Shown one piece after another: positions 1 through 14,984 of a stretch of DNA of 64,000 nucleotides. Origin of the DNA: the human T2T-CHM13v2.0 reference genome, Homo sapiens; assembly GCF_009914755.1 (NCBI RefSeq), contig NC_060942.1; one strand, given 5' to 3'. The translations under genes and the position numbers were made by a program. A model generated the notes under the pieces. The model saw only the letters and a program-made list of their open reading frames with translations, was not told the origin of the DNA and made no database searches. Each line of letters begins with the position of its first letter. Within the stretch, counting starts at the first letter, position 1.

Positions 1-870
1 TTTTCTTCATTTTTGTAAGCCATGTTTTCCTGTTTTGTCTTTTGTATGTCGTGTGCTTTTTTAAAATGGAAAATTAGGCATTTGAAAAAAAAATAACCAC
101 TTCCTCCTGTCTTTCTAGAGTGGCTTTGTGTTGGGGAGGACCTTTGGGATCAGCTGAGCTTTATTAACAAGCTGAGCTTTGGGATAGCTCACTGTGAAGG
201 CTTAAGGCCTTGCTAGGCCCTTTTCTGGGTATGTGTCTTATGTGGGCCTGTGTGTATGCTTTTCAATTCCCAAGTATAGATGGTGGCTTTTAATTTTCTT
301 AATTTCCCCAATACTCTCACCTTGGCTGCTGGACCTTATGTATTCTATTGTATTCCTCTGCCTGCAGTCTGTTGCCCTAGGTGTCTGTGGGTCTGTTTTC
401 TTAGAGTAGCTGTCACTGCTGCTTCCTGTTTCTTGTGCCTTTTCCTAGCCTGAGAGGCAAGCTGTGGTGGTTTTTGCCTTCTGAGCTTGGAGTTAGGCAA
501 TGCAGAGACCAGTCCTCAGGCAGTCCTCAGACAGGTTAAAATATTGCAAATTAGGTCAGGTCTACTCCCTTCAGAGGGAGGGAATTGGAAGCTTTGGCCA
601 CTGCCTCCTCCAGCCCAAGGCTACACCAGGCTGGGAAGTAGGGGAAAAAAGAGTGAATAAAAATGAAATGAAATGGCAGACATTTTGAATGTGGCTTCTT
701 CAGTAGGCATTTGCTTAATGACTATAGAACTTTGTTTTCCAGCTCTTTTATAAAGTTAATGTAGCTAGTCTCTAGTTGTTTTTCTTTAATGTTTCTTTGG
801 GTGAATGAGGGCCTGGAGCCTCCTGGTCTGCTATTTTGCTGATGTCACTGCTCCAGATAATATTCTTTTT
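1..870 (-). mobile_element. Probable old L1M fragment (degraded)
   Basis: T-rich degenerate sequence resembling antisense ancient L1; no diagnostic motif. Confidence 0.3.
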
Positions 871-929
871 TTTTCCTAGTTAATACAACAGTGATTTAAC
901 TCACAGGATTAAAAATGTTTAGAGTTTTA

Positions 930-1107
930 GATGGGCATGGTGGTGCACACCTGTAGTCCCAGCTGCTTGGGAAGTTGAGTTGGGATGATCAGTTAAGCCC
1001 AAGAGTTCGAGGCTGTAGTGTGCCATGTTTGCACCTGTGAGTAGCCATTGCCCTCCAGCCTTGGCAATATAGCAAGACCCAGTCTCTAAAAAAAGAAATA
1101 AGAAAAG
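930..1107 (+). mobile_element. FAM (fossil Alu monomer, 7SL-derived SINE)
   Basis: Monomer with the FAM-type internal segment gcacctgtgagtagccattgccctccagcc and an A-rich tail. Confidence 0.75.
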
Positions 1108-2418
1108 CTTAGCATTTAATTTTTTCAAGTACTTTGGAGAATGCAATAAGAATTGTCAATTTTATGCTAAAATTTATCATATGGAAGTTCTTACGGTGTT
1201 GATTTGGTTGCAGCACAACTTTTTATTTATGAAAAAGGAATTTACTCTTTGAAATGGTAAGATTTTGGGACCAACAGCATGAAATGGATATAATGGAAAA
1301 TGTTCTTTTATTGCTGTTGGGTGCATTCTCTTGCACATTCTGTAATTTTGACATAGGCTACTGTGATTAGAAATTACATCATTTGTGTGATGGAAAAATA
1401 TAGAGAACTAGAGGCAGTCTGAACTAAATTACTGCTCCATGAAACCAAAGGGGCCTGAGATGACTTAGACACCATCCTTCTTGAGGATGGGGAATGAATC
1501 AGTGATCAGCTGAGCCTTCTGGTGGTGTGATTCAGACATTATTTAGCTGGGGTTCTGAACCCAGGATCCATTAATGGAGTTAAACTTTCTTTTAAAATAT
1601 ATTCCAAAATCATTTTACAGAGATTTATTCTCATTCTCCTCAATGTGCAGTTTGGTCGGCACTGAGGGCAAGGGCTTGTGCTGTTAGATGAAGATAGATG
1701 TGCTGTGACCATTCATTGAGTCCTCTGGCAGCTTAGGGTGGACCTTGTGCCCCAGGGCTGTCTCCAGTGTCACCAACACTCATCTTCAAGGAGGTTCTGC
1801 TCTGGAACCTGTTGTCAACACAGAGGTTCCAATTTGATTTAATTGGATGCCTGAAGGGAAATGAATGGAGAGAGGTGCTTGTTTCCACCCCATTTCTATG
1901 CCTGTTTGACATGTTGGTCATAAACAGGATCGATGGGCAGATTCAAGTTGTTGGACTATTACACTGTGGCAAAGATGCCTGGTACAGCATTGCAGAGGGC
2001 CTCTCAGATGAGGCGCGTGCTCCTGCACTTTAGTCTATGTTGTTTTGTTTTTGTGATGTTTAATCAGATCTTACTAATTTTTTAAATCCAAGCTTGGAGT
2101 GAAACTTTGGCACCCTGACAGTGCTTATAACTTAGGAAACTTGAGGAATTGATGTATGTGGGGAAGTAGGAAGAGGCCAGTTTTAGCTTTCCATCTGGAT
2201 AACTTGGTCAATTCCTGCTATGCTGTTGAACTACCAAGAGGATTAGGACCCTTTGCTCTTTGTCCCTTCTAAGGAGTTTCTATCATAAGCCAGTGGTAGA
2301 ATTTGTCATATGAGGGAGTCAGTGGCTCATTCACATAAAGTAATGAAATATTTGGGTACATGCTGATAGCATTTAGTGTTTCCAGAAGGGCAAATGCCTA
2401 GTTATTATGACTTACTAA

Positions 2419-2796
<378 letters not shown>

Positions 2797-2802
2797 TCCA
2801 AG

Positions 2803-3210
2803 AGTCTTAAGTTGGATTTTCTAGAAGCAGAGCCTGAGATCGCAATCCAGTTGCAGTGAGTTATTGAGGCCATATAGGAGCAGGGGATTGAGGAGTGTGG
2901 GATTGGGCAGTGGAGGGAGGAGCGTAAGCAAGTGAGCGGGCTCAGCCAGGGTCGTGCTTCAGCACAATCCCATGAGGCCTTCAGAGCATGAATTGCTCTA
3001 TTGATTTGGTCCCACTTTGAGAAATACCCAGTATTAGGCACTGTTGGCTCCTGGCTGCCTGAGAGTGCTGGGATCTGGGGCAGGCCACTGGGCATGACCT
3101 CTGTAGGGAGGAGGCTCCCATCCATCCAATGGGAATCTCCTTGGAAGGGTGGCTGTGAGCCTTTGGCAGCAGGCGCCCGCAGCTCTTGGGACAGGTGCAC
3201 TGCCACCACA
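2803..3210 (-). mobile_element. ERVL solo LTR, LTR16/LTR33-like
   Basis: The reverse complement ends ...tctcaggctctgcttctagaaaatccaacttaagac, the typical 3' end of this LTR group, and begins tgtggtgg. Confidence 0.6.
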
Positions 3211-3718
3211 CCAAGTGTGCAAAGGACCCGGGTAAATGCATTGCTTAAAGCTAGTGTAGCTTATTTGAGAAAAACAACTCTTACTACTTATTTTTAGTAT
3301 CTATTTTATTGCATCATAAGTCAGATTTAGAAGATGTAGCACTGTAGAAAGATGAAAAAGTAGGACAGAACTTTTATTTGAAATTTAAAAGATTTTCCCA
3401 TCTAATTAAAAGTTTTACCTTTTTATTGTAGAATAAAATACAGGTACAGAAAAGATAAGAAGCAAATACATAGTTTAGTGAATTATTTTAGACAGTTTCC
3501 CCTGGAACCACCACTCAAGTCAGGAGGTAGAAATTTGCCGCCCCAGGAATCACCTCTGTGTGCTGCCCCTTTCCCGTCACACCATCTTCCTCCCTCCAGG
3601 AGCACCCCCTGTCTTGAAATTTATAATAATGACTTTCTAACATTTCTTTATGGCTTTATCATCCAAATTTGAGCTATAGTTTAATCTTCTCTAATTAGAA
3701 CACTTGAAATGTCTTTTA

Positions 3719-4086
<368 letters not shown>

Positions 4087-4109
4087 CTACTTCCTTATTT
4101 TCCTTGAAG

Positions 4110-4236
4110 TTTAATTAATTAATTAATTAGAGATGAGGTCTTGCTCTGTTGTGCAGGCTGGACTCCTGGGCTTAAGTGATCCTTCTGCCTTATTCTCCTA
4201 GAGTGTTGGTATTACAGGCATGAGCCCCCACACCCA
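4110..4236 (-). mobile_element. FLAM / Alu left-monomer fragment
   Basis: gagatgaggtcttgctctgttg...attacaggcatgagcc with a (TTAA)n tail. Confidence 0.75.
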
Positions 4237-4289
4237 GTTTGCTTGAAATTTATTTGTTGTAATGGATGGTTGGATGCAGGAAAAAAAAA

Positions 4290-5110
4290 AAAGGAAGTTT
4301 ATTTGTTAAAGACACTGGACCTGTTGGCTCTAGAGGTTCCTTCACCCTGGATTTTGCTGACTGCAGACTTGTGGTATAATTCAACATGTTTGTTTATCCT
4401 CTGTATTTCCTATATCTTGGTAGCTGTATTAGGAAGCTTGATCAGAATTTGGTCTTCTTTGGCAAGTGTAGAAGAAGTGGTATATTTTTTCATCAGGAGA
4501 TATGTGTGCCTGTCCATATTTCTTTTAATATTGTCTTCCTAGTTGCATTAGTTCATTGGGGGGTTAGAAGATGGGCATCCTGCAGTTCTGTTATTTTGTT
4601 TTTACTTATTGGCTGGAACATTTTTGTAAGGACATGCTTCCCTTCATCTACCATTTGGTTACCCATGGTATATGGCTCATATAAATGGTTGATGTTCCTT
4701 TTAGTTACCAAGTTTCCCAGTCATCCTTGAGAGATGACTGCTTTTTTACATATAATTATGAACTCATGGATTTTAACATAGTTGATGTTTCGATCCATCA
4801 CAATTATTATTATTACTGAAGTTCAAACTATCCTATCCCTGACCAGTGAAACCCTTTTCTGGTTGTTTCCTGAGTCCTTTTGACGTGGCCCTAGTCTTCT
4901 TTGATGGCTTCTTTGCTATTGGGTATGACAAGATCATACCCAATCCACACTCATCTTGTATATTTTTTGCACCAGACCTGGAATCAGCCATTTGTTTCAA
5001 GAAGCTCTAGTTTTTTATAATGATAAGTTGCATTTCAAGAGCATGGTCTGTATACTAGGGATATTCACTGACACGAGGTTATTGTTTTTAGGACTTTTTA
5101 GTGGACAGAG
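4290..5110 (-). mobile_element. Ancient L1 (L1MC/ME-like) 3' fragment
   Basis: Degenerate antisense L1M 3'UTR-like motifs (ggattttgctgactgca; accagacctggaatcagccatttgtttcaagaagctct). Confidence 0.5.
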
Positions 5111-5394
5111 CCAGGGATGTATGTGTGTGTGTATTTATATCTATGCATCTATTTATCTATCTATCTGTTTATCGATATAGATATCTAGATTATATATATC
5201 TAGATTATTTTATATATAGAGAGAGATTATATGTTTTCACAAGATAAAAGATTTTGTGAATGCCTGTTGATATATCCAGTTCAAACAGAAGATTATTGAG
5301 TTTTTCTATATTACATTTATCTCCTTCCATCTACACTGAGAATGCTAATTTTCAAGGACATGGGGGATGATGGTTAGAATATTTTATTATTACT

Positions 5395-5502
5395 CATTTG
5401 ATTTATCCCTAAAATGTGATAAATAAAATTTATCCTATTTATCCCTCAAATGTGATAAATCAAATTTATCCCATTTATCCCTCAAATGGGATAAATCAAA
5501 TG
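5395..5502. repeat. About 36-bp tandem repeat (about 2.7 copies) bounded by a perfect 15-bp inverted repeat
   Basis: Unit atttatccctcaaatgtgataaatcaaatttatccc. catttgatttatccc (5395-5409) is the reverse complement of gggataaatcaaatg (5488-5502). Confidence 0.85.
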
Positions 5503-5649
5503 TACAGAGTTAGACGAAAACTACTAATTCTACCGTCACCAATTGTGATGACTGGAAACAGTTTGTTGCAGAGGAAAAGCAATTCTAACCCTGCTCTTTT
5601 TGAAGTTTTTCTGTAATTGATACTTAGAAAGTTGGCTTACCATATTTCC

Positions 5650-6380
5650 AGCTGGAAATAATTCATCCATATTATTAAAAATCATAATTCAGAAAGATAC
5701 TGGGTGGCTAGAAAAATCAGTTAACACAAATATGATGAAATTTAACAAAGGTGAAAATTTTCATTCTGAAACTCCATTATGTAATTTTAGGATGGGAAAG
5801 TGAAAAGAACTATGGATGGAGAAAAGAATAGTAGTAAACCAAAACACAACAAAACCCAAGACTGTGATGTACACCAGTAATATCAGGCGGCTGAAAACCA
5901 ACAGAATCCCACCCCTGGCTTTTCAGGCTGTGTTCCTAGGAGCTTGGTGTTTTCATCAGTGCACGTGGTTACTCCATGGAATCCCAAAATTGTCATTCCA
6001 ACCTGTGCTCAGCCTCAGGCTTTGTGCACAAGGACAGGCATTGACACACTATAGGTGGCTCTGAGGCAGGGACTCCAGGGAGCCAAGAATCTGGACATTG
6101 TGTCACAGGAGAAGCAGCTGAGGAGTTGAGGGATGGAGAGGACTCCATGGTTGTAAGAGACCTTCAAGTAAATGGAGTAGCCTTTCTGTGGAGGAAGGGA
6201 GTGGGGTCTTAGCATAGCTTGAAATGATCAGTCTGGGGCCTGTGGGTGCAAGGTACAGGGAAGTGAAACCTCAAGCCGTGGTCAGAAGGTGGTTTCTAAC
6301 AGCAGGACTTGCCCAACAATGGAATGGGCTGCTTGTCACATGATGTACTTCCGTGCCTTTACCATTGTTTAAGACAACTT
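5650..6380 (+). mobile_element. L3/CR1 LINE 3' remnant
   Basis: CR1-like motifs gagaagcagctgaggagttgaggg and caacaatggaatgggctgc. Confidence 0.5.
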
Positions 6381-8022
6381 GGAAAAAAAAAAGCCATGTT
6401 CTTACCTGCTAACTCCAATACTCTGCTGTTCCATTTGCTATGTAATATTAGTAAGGAAGGGATTTAATTTTTTAATTGCAGATAAGACATGATTGTGAGC
6501 TCATTTTAGGGAACTTAATTTCCTGGGAGTTGTCTCTCATGGATGCCTAATTAGGAGGCACTGCCAGTTGGATTTGGTCTTATCATCACAGAGATGATGA
6601 ATGATTTGAACGTTGGTGGTGATCAGAAAGATTGCCCCTAAGAATCCAGCTTTCTGGTGACATCTAGATTGAGCACTTCTTGATACAGGCCAACCGCAGC
6701 ATTGCAGAGGGTTCTGATGCCTCCAACCTGCTTTGCCCTCAGATGACGCTGTTCTTGGCTTATGTGTTTCAAAGATTCCCTTCCAGCCAACAGGCATGGC
6801 TAAGGCACAATTGGACATTGATTAGCTTTGTTTCTAGCAATCTTTGGCTTTTGAAATCAATGTGACTGAGGTGTTTTCAACTTCAGATGGATCACAGAGA
6901 CTGTGAGCTGTAGGTGGGCCACAGAATGGAAAGATGAGAAACTTCAAGCTGTGGCAAACCTTGGAGAACAGTGAGTCTCCTGAGCGAGGGGCAGGCTTGG
7001 CCACATGGAATCTCCACCAAGCTGGCCTTGCTTGGGACCCAGGCTTCTGACCTTCCTGCAGGTCATTTCCTCTCATCATTGGAGGGAAAAAACATCACAT
7101 CTCGGAGCCACTTTGGAAACAGGTTTATTTTAGTTTCAGACCAATAATAAAATATCCTGTAGAGATTCCCTTCTCAGAAAAGTGCTGTTTGCCCTCAGGG
7201 AGGTTGTAGTCAAACTGGGAGTGCAGTGAGATGAATCCAAGTGAGGAGATGTGTGGTATTACAGCGCAGCCAGCGAGGATAAAGCAGCGCTCACCTGCCA
7301 TGATCCTGGCTAGTTTTCACTCTCAGTGCTGTTGTGCATTTTGCCTGGTGGCAGATATCAACACTAAAAAAAGTATGACAAAAGATTCCTGGATTTTTAG
7401 GTCAATGGAATTTCCAGGTCATCAATAATAACCATGGATAGTCTTGAAAAGAGCATAAGTAGACATGATCTGGATTTTCCAATTTCTGCCTTCAAACGTA
7501 CTGGCCATTTACATTTATTTGAAAAGATAAGTTGATGTAAGAGAAAATCTCTGGTATCATTTTTCAAAAGGCAGGCAAGGCCACTGAGATGCAGGGCAAT
7601 TGGCCACCCTCTTAAACAAGGCTTCTCCCTGGTGTGGAAACTGAGTGAAGGAGAGGCATGGTATGTACCACTTTGACGCTATGCAAGTAAGAGGTGACAT
7701 GAAGATGAAAATTCCTGGACCCTGGGAGAATTTCTGGTATTTTTCTGTCCCTTTTCTCCCCACTGATTTCTTTTTTCTCCAGAGGAGGAGGCAGATGAGT
7801 GGGAACTGAGTATAAAAACTCCACCACACTTTGCATTCAGAATTCAGAATAGTCTTTAAGGTTTGCACCAAATATTTGGGTATTGCATGTGCATTGTGAT
7901 GTCAGCTTGTTGTGGGAGGGAATGGGGTCAGTAGCACACGTGACATCTGTGCAGAGCCCATCACTCATCAGGAAGACCGTCAGCAGGGGTCCCCTCCCGT
8001 TTTGACTCAAAATACACTTCTA

Positions 8023-8196
8023 CAAGCTCCGCCTCCTGGGTTCACGCCATTCTCCCACCTCAGCCTCCCGAGTAGCTGGGACTACAGGCGCCCACACTCG
8101 GCTAATTTTTTGTTTTTGTATTTTTAGTGGAGATGGGGTTTCACCTTGTTAGCCAGGATGGTCTCAATCTCCTGACCTCGTGATCCACCCACCTTG
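8023..8196 (-). mobile_element. Truncated AluY-like fragment
   Basis: caagctccgcctcctgggttcacgccattctcc...ttagccaggatggtctcaatctcctgacctcgtgatcc. Confidence 0.85.
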
Positions 8197-8756
8197 TTTC
8201 CTGTCATTTTAACATACATAATATACCAACATTTCTGGTGGTGATTTTTAGTAAGGGATGTTGGATTGGAAGAAGGGTATATATCTTTCCTTATACTATA
8301 AGCATTCTGAGTACTTCTTGTTGCACCTCGCTTTGTTTGGTGGTTCCAGGCCCTCAGTACAGTTCTCCAGAAGGGATAGCCAATTTCACCATGGCCTTAA
8401 GCCAGATTTCTGTTGTCCCATCTGCTGGAAGATGAGGATGTTCTCTTCCTGGGCCTCTTCATGCTAGTTCTTTCATTGGCAGGAGTGCGTGTTGTCTTGT
8501 AGGGGTTCTGGATGACATCACTGCTGCCCACACCCATGCAGGTGTTAGGGCTGGAGGTGAGGCCGTGCTGACAGCTGAGAAGGGACAGTTGCAACAGTTT
8601 GTAGGATGAGAAATAATGAGTTGCATGTTTTCCATGAGGGGCCTCTCCATCCTAGCATGATGTCAGCTGCATTCTTGGTAGGGTCTGCCCCCAGCCAGCC
8701 AGAGCAGGCTCATGGTAGAGCGACGCATGACTGCTTGGATCTGTTTGCAATGGGGT

Positions 8757-8906
8757 TTGACACAGAAGGCAAGTCTTGACTGCATGAAGGTTTAATAGGA
8801 GCGTACTTGACATAGGAGGCGAGTTTTGACTGTATGAAGGTTTAATAGGAGCGTACTTGACATAGGAGGCGAATTTTGAGTGTATGAAGGTTTGATAGGA
8901 GCGTAC
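8757..8906. repeat. Minisatellite, 3 x 50 bp
   Basis: Unit ttgacataggaggcgagttttgactgtatgaaggtttaataggagcgtac, starting at 8757, 8807 and 8857. Confidence 0.92.
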
Positions 8907-9915
8907 ACTTGTGATTGTCACCCATCGAGGTCTGTGGGCAAAGGCACACATTTGGAAGGTAACACAAGCAGAGGCGTGAGCGAGAGGAGAGAGGCCGTCT
9001 TTTAGATTTGTCATTGTGCCTTTGTCTCATACACTGACTGTTCTGTTGAAGCTGGTTGTGGGTTGTACGAGTTTGTGTAGGACCGTTGGATGGCTATTCT
9101 AGTCTGATAGTCTGTCAGTGTGGACTGAAACCTCTCTCAGTTTATCAGCATGGGAGTGAAATTCGTGCTTTCCTATGATTGTGCCAGCTGACTGTTCCAG
9201 TGACCTTATCATTCAGTCTTTTGCAGTCCAAATAGACCTTGTAAATGGAGTTTTGGAATATGTCTCTACATGCCATAGATGGAGGGAACTCACAGAGGAG
9301 ACCAAGGTATGATGTGCAGCAGCCATTTAGGAGTCAGAGCCCACTAGGGGCAGTCGGATTCCAAAACCTCCGTGCCAGCAGGGCAGCCATGCGGCCTTCA
9401 GATTGCAGTCTCCATGCTTTAGCTATGCATCTAGACATTTCTAGCTGGACCTTAATAGAAATATGAACACATCTTAGAAGGCAAATTGAATAAAACAAGT
9501 GGAAAATTTAAAAGGTAAATGTAGCAGAAAACAGTGTGATAGATTAATGGTATGGAAACCAATTTAATAGAAATGAGAAGGGGAAGACAAAGATGATAAA
9601 CGTTAAGTTATTCTTGAGTAAGAGTTAGTCTTTGGGTTGTGGGCAGGAAGGATCCTTCTGACTCTATGAAAATTACCCAAGAGGGAAGTGGATTGCTGGA
9701 TATGAGCTTGTTGGGTACTTTTATGCCTATAGAGAAGAGCTAAATTAGAAAACTTTTTTTTTTTTCTTTGCTTGAGATATGAGAGCCCAACTCACCTTTG
9801 GGGAAAAATGGAACATATTTCTAACCAGTTCTGTGCTCTGTCGTTAGTTATCAGGTTAGTCATAAAAATGCCAACCGGCAGCAAAGGCTGGAGAACACTA
9901 AGAATGGAGAAGGGG

Positions 9916-10266
<351 letters not shown>

Positions 10267-11192
10267 TTAACGAAGGTCTTCAGGCTGCGCCGGGGAAAGG
10301 GAGAGTGGAAATTCAAACAGATTTCTCAAGTGTGCAAGGGTGTGTTTTAATTATTCCAGTGCCAAAAAGAGCTTTGTCTAAACAAAGCCAAACCTGTTAT
10401 GCATCGTGTCAGAGGAGCCTAGGAGTCAGCTTTGAGGACAGTTTTGCATTTTTAACTATCACATTGTCTTTGGATTGGTGTTGGCTTATGACCTTGGCTT
10501 TCAGGGACTGTTTTGACAGCTGACAATGATGATGCTAGTTCTCATTTCCATGATAAAATATGTAGTGTCAGGAGGAGTAATGTAATAAAAATAAAAATAA
10601 AATAAATATTGGTTGTGGTCTCACAGATAGCTTGAGTCTTTATAATTATAATCAGTCTCATTTTTAAAGATGTGAAACATTTTAATTGGCAAATTAACAG
10701 CACTAGAGTACTCTTTTGGTGGAACTGTAATGCAGCACCACGCTTGGCTTTTTCAGTGCTTGTCAGGTTCAAAAGTCTCTAAATAATGCCATGTACTATG
10801 CTTGTTTCTTGTGGCATCTCTGCTAGACCTGATCTTGTGAGCAGGCTTTAAAGTAGTAAACATAAATTTTAAAAGTTTGGTCTGAAGTATACTGAGGCCA
10901 TAGAAATGTTCTGTTCTAAAGAATAAATATAATTAGCATAAAACAAGTTTTAATATATATTAAGTGAAAATATCATATCATAGTATCTGTAACATGATAC
11001 CGTTTTTGGCAAAAGATATATATGCAGAATCATCTGCTCTGAAGGAGACATGCCAAGCTACTAACATTGGTTAACTTTGGTCATGGGGTTACGAGTATTA
11101 ATGTTTTAATTTACTTATCTGTATTTTCCATTTTTTTCCCACAGTGAACATCATTGCCATTATTGCTTTTTAAGAAAAATGTTCTATAATGA

Positions 11193-11504
<312 letters not shown>

Positions 11505-12456
11505 TCTATTATTTGATTTTTTTGTGTATGGAGGGGCCATGTCATGCAAGTAGCAAATAAATTTGAAAATCCTCAGTGGACGCACTTTGTTCTGTATTTC
11601 CTGCATACCTGAGGCTGGCGATGCTGTGAGTGGTATTATACTCATGTGTGCAGAAGTCTTTCAGTAGTTCCTCATGGAGGAAAGGAAGCAGCCAGCCTAA
11701 GCAGGCAGGAAAGGTTCAGCTCAGCGCTCAGTGCAGTTCCACTCGTGTGTTTGAAGTGTGCAAAGTGTGATGGGGGCAAAGAGCACAGGATAGTGTCCTT
11801 GTCTGTAAGCAACTTACAGGCTAGTTAGGGAGACAAGACACACCATGAAAGCAGCTAGTGAGCGATGCAGGTGCTGCTGAGTTGTGCAGTACAAGTAACT
11901 AAAGCAGCTGCTCAGGCCGTGATGCAGACAGTGGGAGTGATGGAGGGAGACAGGGAAAGGTGAACGTAGCTAGGAGTCATCAGAAATGCGTTTGCATTGC
12001 TTTGTTTATTCTTTCCCCTGGAGAGAAGGAGCAGATGCCTGTCCTTGGAAGGAGCTCCTGTATGGCTACACCGTCCGTGCTTCCAGCATTAATCTTTTGC
12101 TTTTTACCTTGAGAGCTGGTTCCATGAGAGTCTCTAAAATAGAAAGCTCCGTTAACTAAGTCTGGGTGCTGTCTTCTCGCAGAGATGCTGGGAAAACTTG
12201 GCTTCCCTCATGTGTATTCATTAATGCCACCTGAGGATGAACCAAGACAGCTGAGTCTAGCACAAAGTCAGGCTGTTGTGGAAGTGATAATTGTCAATAT
12301 TTGTAGTGCGCTGTGAGAGTGGTGAAATCCGTTATAAAGAACGTTTTCCACCTTTCGTGCATAAGAAAAATGGATAGTGTCACTTAGAAGACAGCCTGTG
12401 CATGTGAATCCCCTCCATGACGGTGTCCTTTTCTGCCAACACACAGTTCTCACACA

Positions 12457-12625
12457 GCATCTTGCTGTGGGCAAATGTCCTAAGGCTAAATTGACCTGAT
12501 GCTGAAATGTACTTCCTGTAAAAGCCCATTCGAAGGATGTGATTTCACTCAAGGCACTGCCTGTCTCAAAGTCACCAGGATTCCCTAGCTGAGTTTTATG
12601 TATTATTTATTTTGACCACAAGGAT
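12457..12625. repeat. Left arm of a ~165-bp inverted duplication (partner 13804-13969)
   Basis: Manual alignment to the reverse complement of 13804-13969 gives about 13 substitutions and 3 indels. The ORF track shows the same peptide (GSTFQHQV..LGHLPTARC) on opposite strands. Confidence 0.92.
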
Positions 12626-12639
12626 ACACTGATTATTTG

Positions 12640-12935
<296 letters not shown>

Positions 12936-12936
12936 C

Positions 12937-13103
12937 TTATTTTATTTTTTTTAAAGAGACAGGGTCTCATTCTTTCGCCCAGGCTGGAGGGCAGTGGCAC
13001 AATCATACCTCATTGCAGACTCGACCTCCTGGGCTCAAATGATCCTGCTGCCTTGGCCTCCCAAAGCCCTGGGATTACAAGTGTGAGCCACCACACCTTG
13101 TCC
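12937..13103 (-). mobile_element. Alu monomer (FRAM/FAM-like)
   Basis: Single arm; GATTATTTGA flanks the monomer+AluS composite (about 12631 and about 13105). Confidence 0.75.
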
Positions 13104-13803
13104 GATTATTTGAAATGCAAAGTAAATGTCTGTGTCTGTAAATCCTGAGCTCACAGGAAATTATGTGTTGATCTCACAATGAATGAGTATTCAGGAAGAG
13201 ACCCTGGTTGCTTCTCAGCAGGTAGAGAGGATAATCCCGGGCATGGTTTCCTCCTGGTATTGTTTCCCCAAAGACCACTAACAGGATGACTCTCAGGTTC
13301 TTCTCTCTGGAAGAACCAGGCTTGCCAGATGCTCAGCTAAATTTAAATACTGGATCTTTTGAAGATCAGTATTTCTCTGCCCTGAATTGACCACTGTGGG
13401 AGATATACTCTTGGAGATCAGGGTCTGGAATGTATTGATTTGATACTGAAACTTCAGCAGAAAAAAATCCTTCTGAATAAATATGAAGGTTGTTTCATCT
13501 TTATCATCTGGATTCTGTCTTTGGTCTGATCCCTCTCAAAACAGTTACTGTTTCTGTGAAGTCATTCGGGGGTGGAGGGTGTTAGCTGCTGCAGTCACAT
13601 CCAATGGCTGGGTTCTTCAGCACCCACCACGGGCCAGTGGCTTCTCTCCAGCACCGCAGTGATGGGTGCTGACGGTTCATGAGGCTGCCCTTTCAGTCTT
13701 GCGTGGTTCTTAATTATTAAAGAACAAAGACACATTGGCGTGTTTCTTGTCAGTGCGTTGAAGCCTGTCTTCCCATATTTCTTGCTCGCTGGTCCTCATT
13801 CTG

Positions 13804-13969
13804 ATCCTTGTGGTCAAAATAAATAAATACATAAAACTAGGGAATCCTGGTGACTTCTGGACAGGCAGTGCTTTGAATGAAATCACATCCACCAAATGGG
13901 CTTTTTACAGGAAGTACGTTTCAGCATCAGGTCAGTTTACTCTTAGGACATTTGCCCACAGCGAGATGC
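13804..13969. repeat. Right arm of the inverted duplication (partner 12457-12625)
   Basis: atccttgtggtcaaaataaataaatac...cccacagcgagatgc is the reverse complement of the left arm. Confidence 0.92.
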
Positions 13970-14515
13970 AAACTGGGTGTCACACAGAACAGTCCTGTTG
14001 CTGTCCACAGGGAAGTCCTGTGGCTGTGGGAAGGAGGTTTTGCAATCCCCTCCAGCCCCACTCCGTTACAACCAGTGGAGGTGGAACTTGGAATCTTTGA
14101 AATAAACTCCTCAGATGATTTTGGTTCACACAGAGTCAGAACCGCTGTGGCAGCGTGAGGGAGTTTTGTCAGGTGGTGTGATTGGCAGGTGGGGCAGAGG
14201 GGCCTGGGAGATGAGGTCCCGCTGTGCAGAACACACGGGGACTGGCAGGCAGGAAAGGGGGCGAGGGGGTCTCAGGCATTGAACTGCGTGGGGCACTCCA
14301 TGGGGCAGAAAAGAGCCTGGCAGGTTTTGGAGGTGCACTGTATGCTCAGGAAGGATTCAGTGCACACCAGGCAGCTTCCGTCCAGGCGGAGAGCCAGGGC
14401 CCGGGTGCTGCAGCAAGGCGGCTGTGGCAGTGCCAAGCGAGTGGACAGAGGGTCTGCAGGCCACTCAGTGGCTGAGAGGGTGGGCAAGCAGCTGCAGGGC
14501 CAGGTAGCCCCATCT

Positions 14516-14984
<469 letters not shown>

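Noticed and set aside
8757-8906. Regularly spaced repeats (also 14516-14758 and 36098-36270) superficially like CRISPR arrays
   Set aside because: They are head-to-tail units with no unique spacers and no cas genes, in a primate genome. They are minisatellites.
12180-12250. Possible third degenerate copy of the inverted-repeat arm
   Set aside because: The similarity is too weak to establish by eye.
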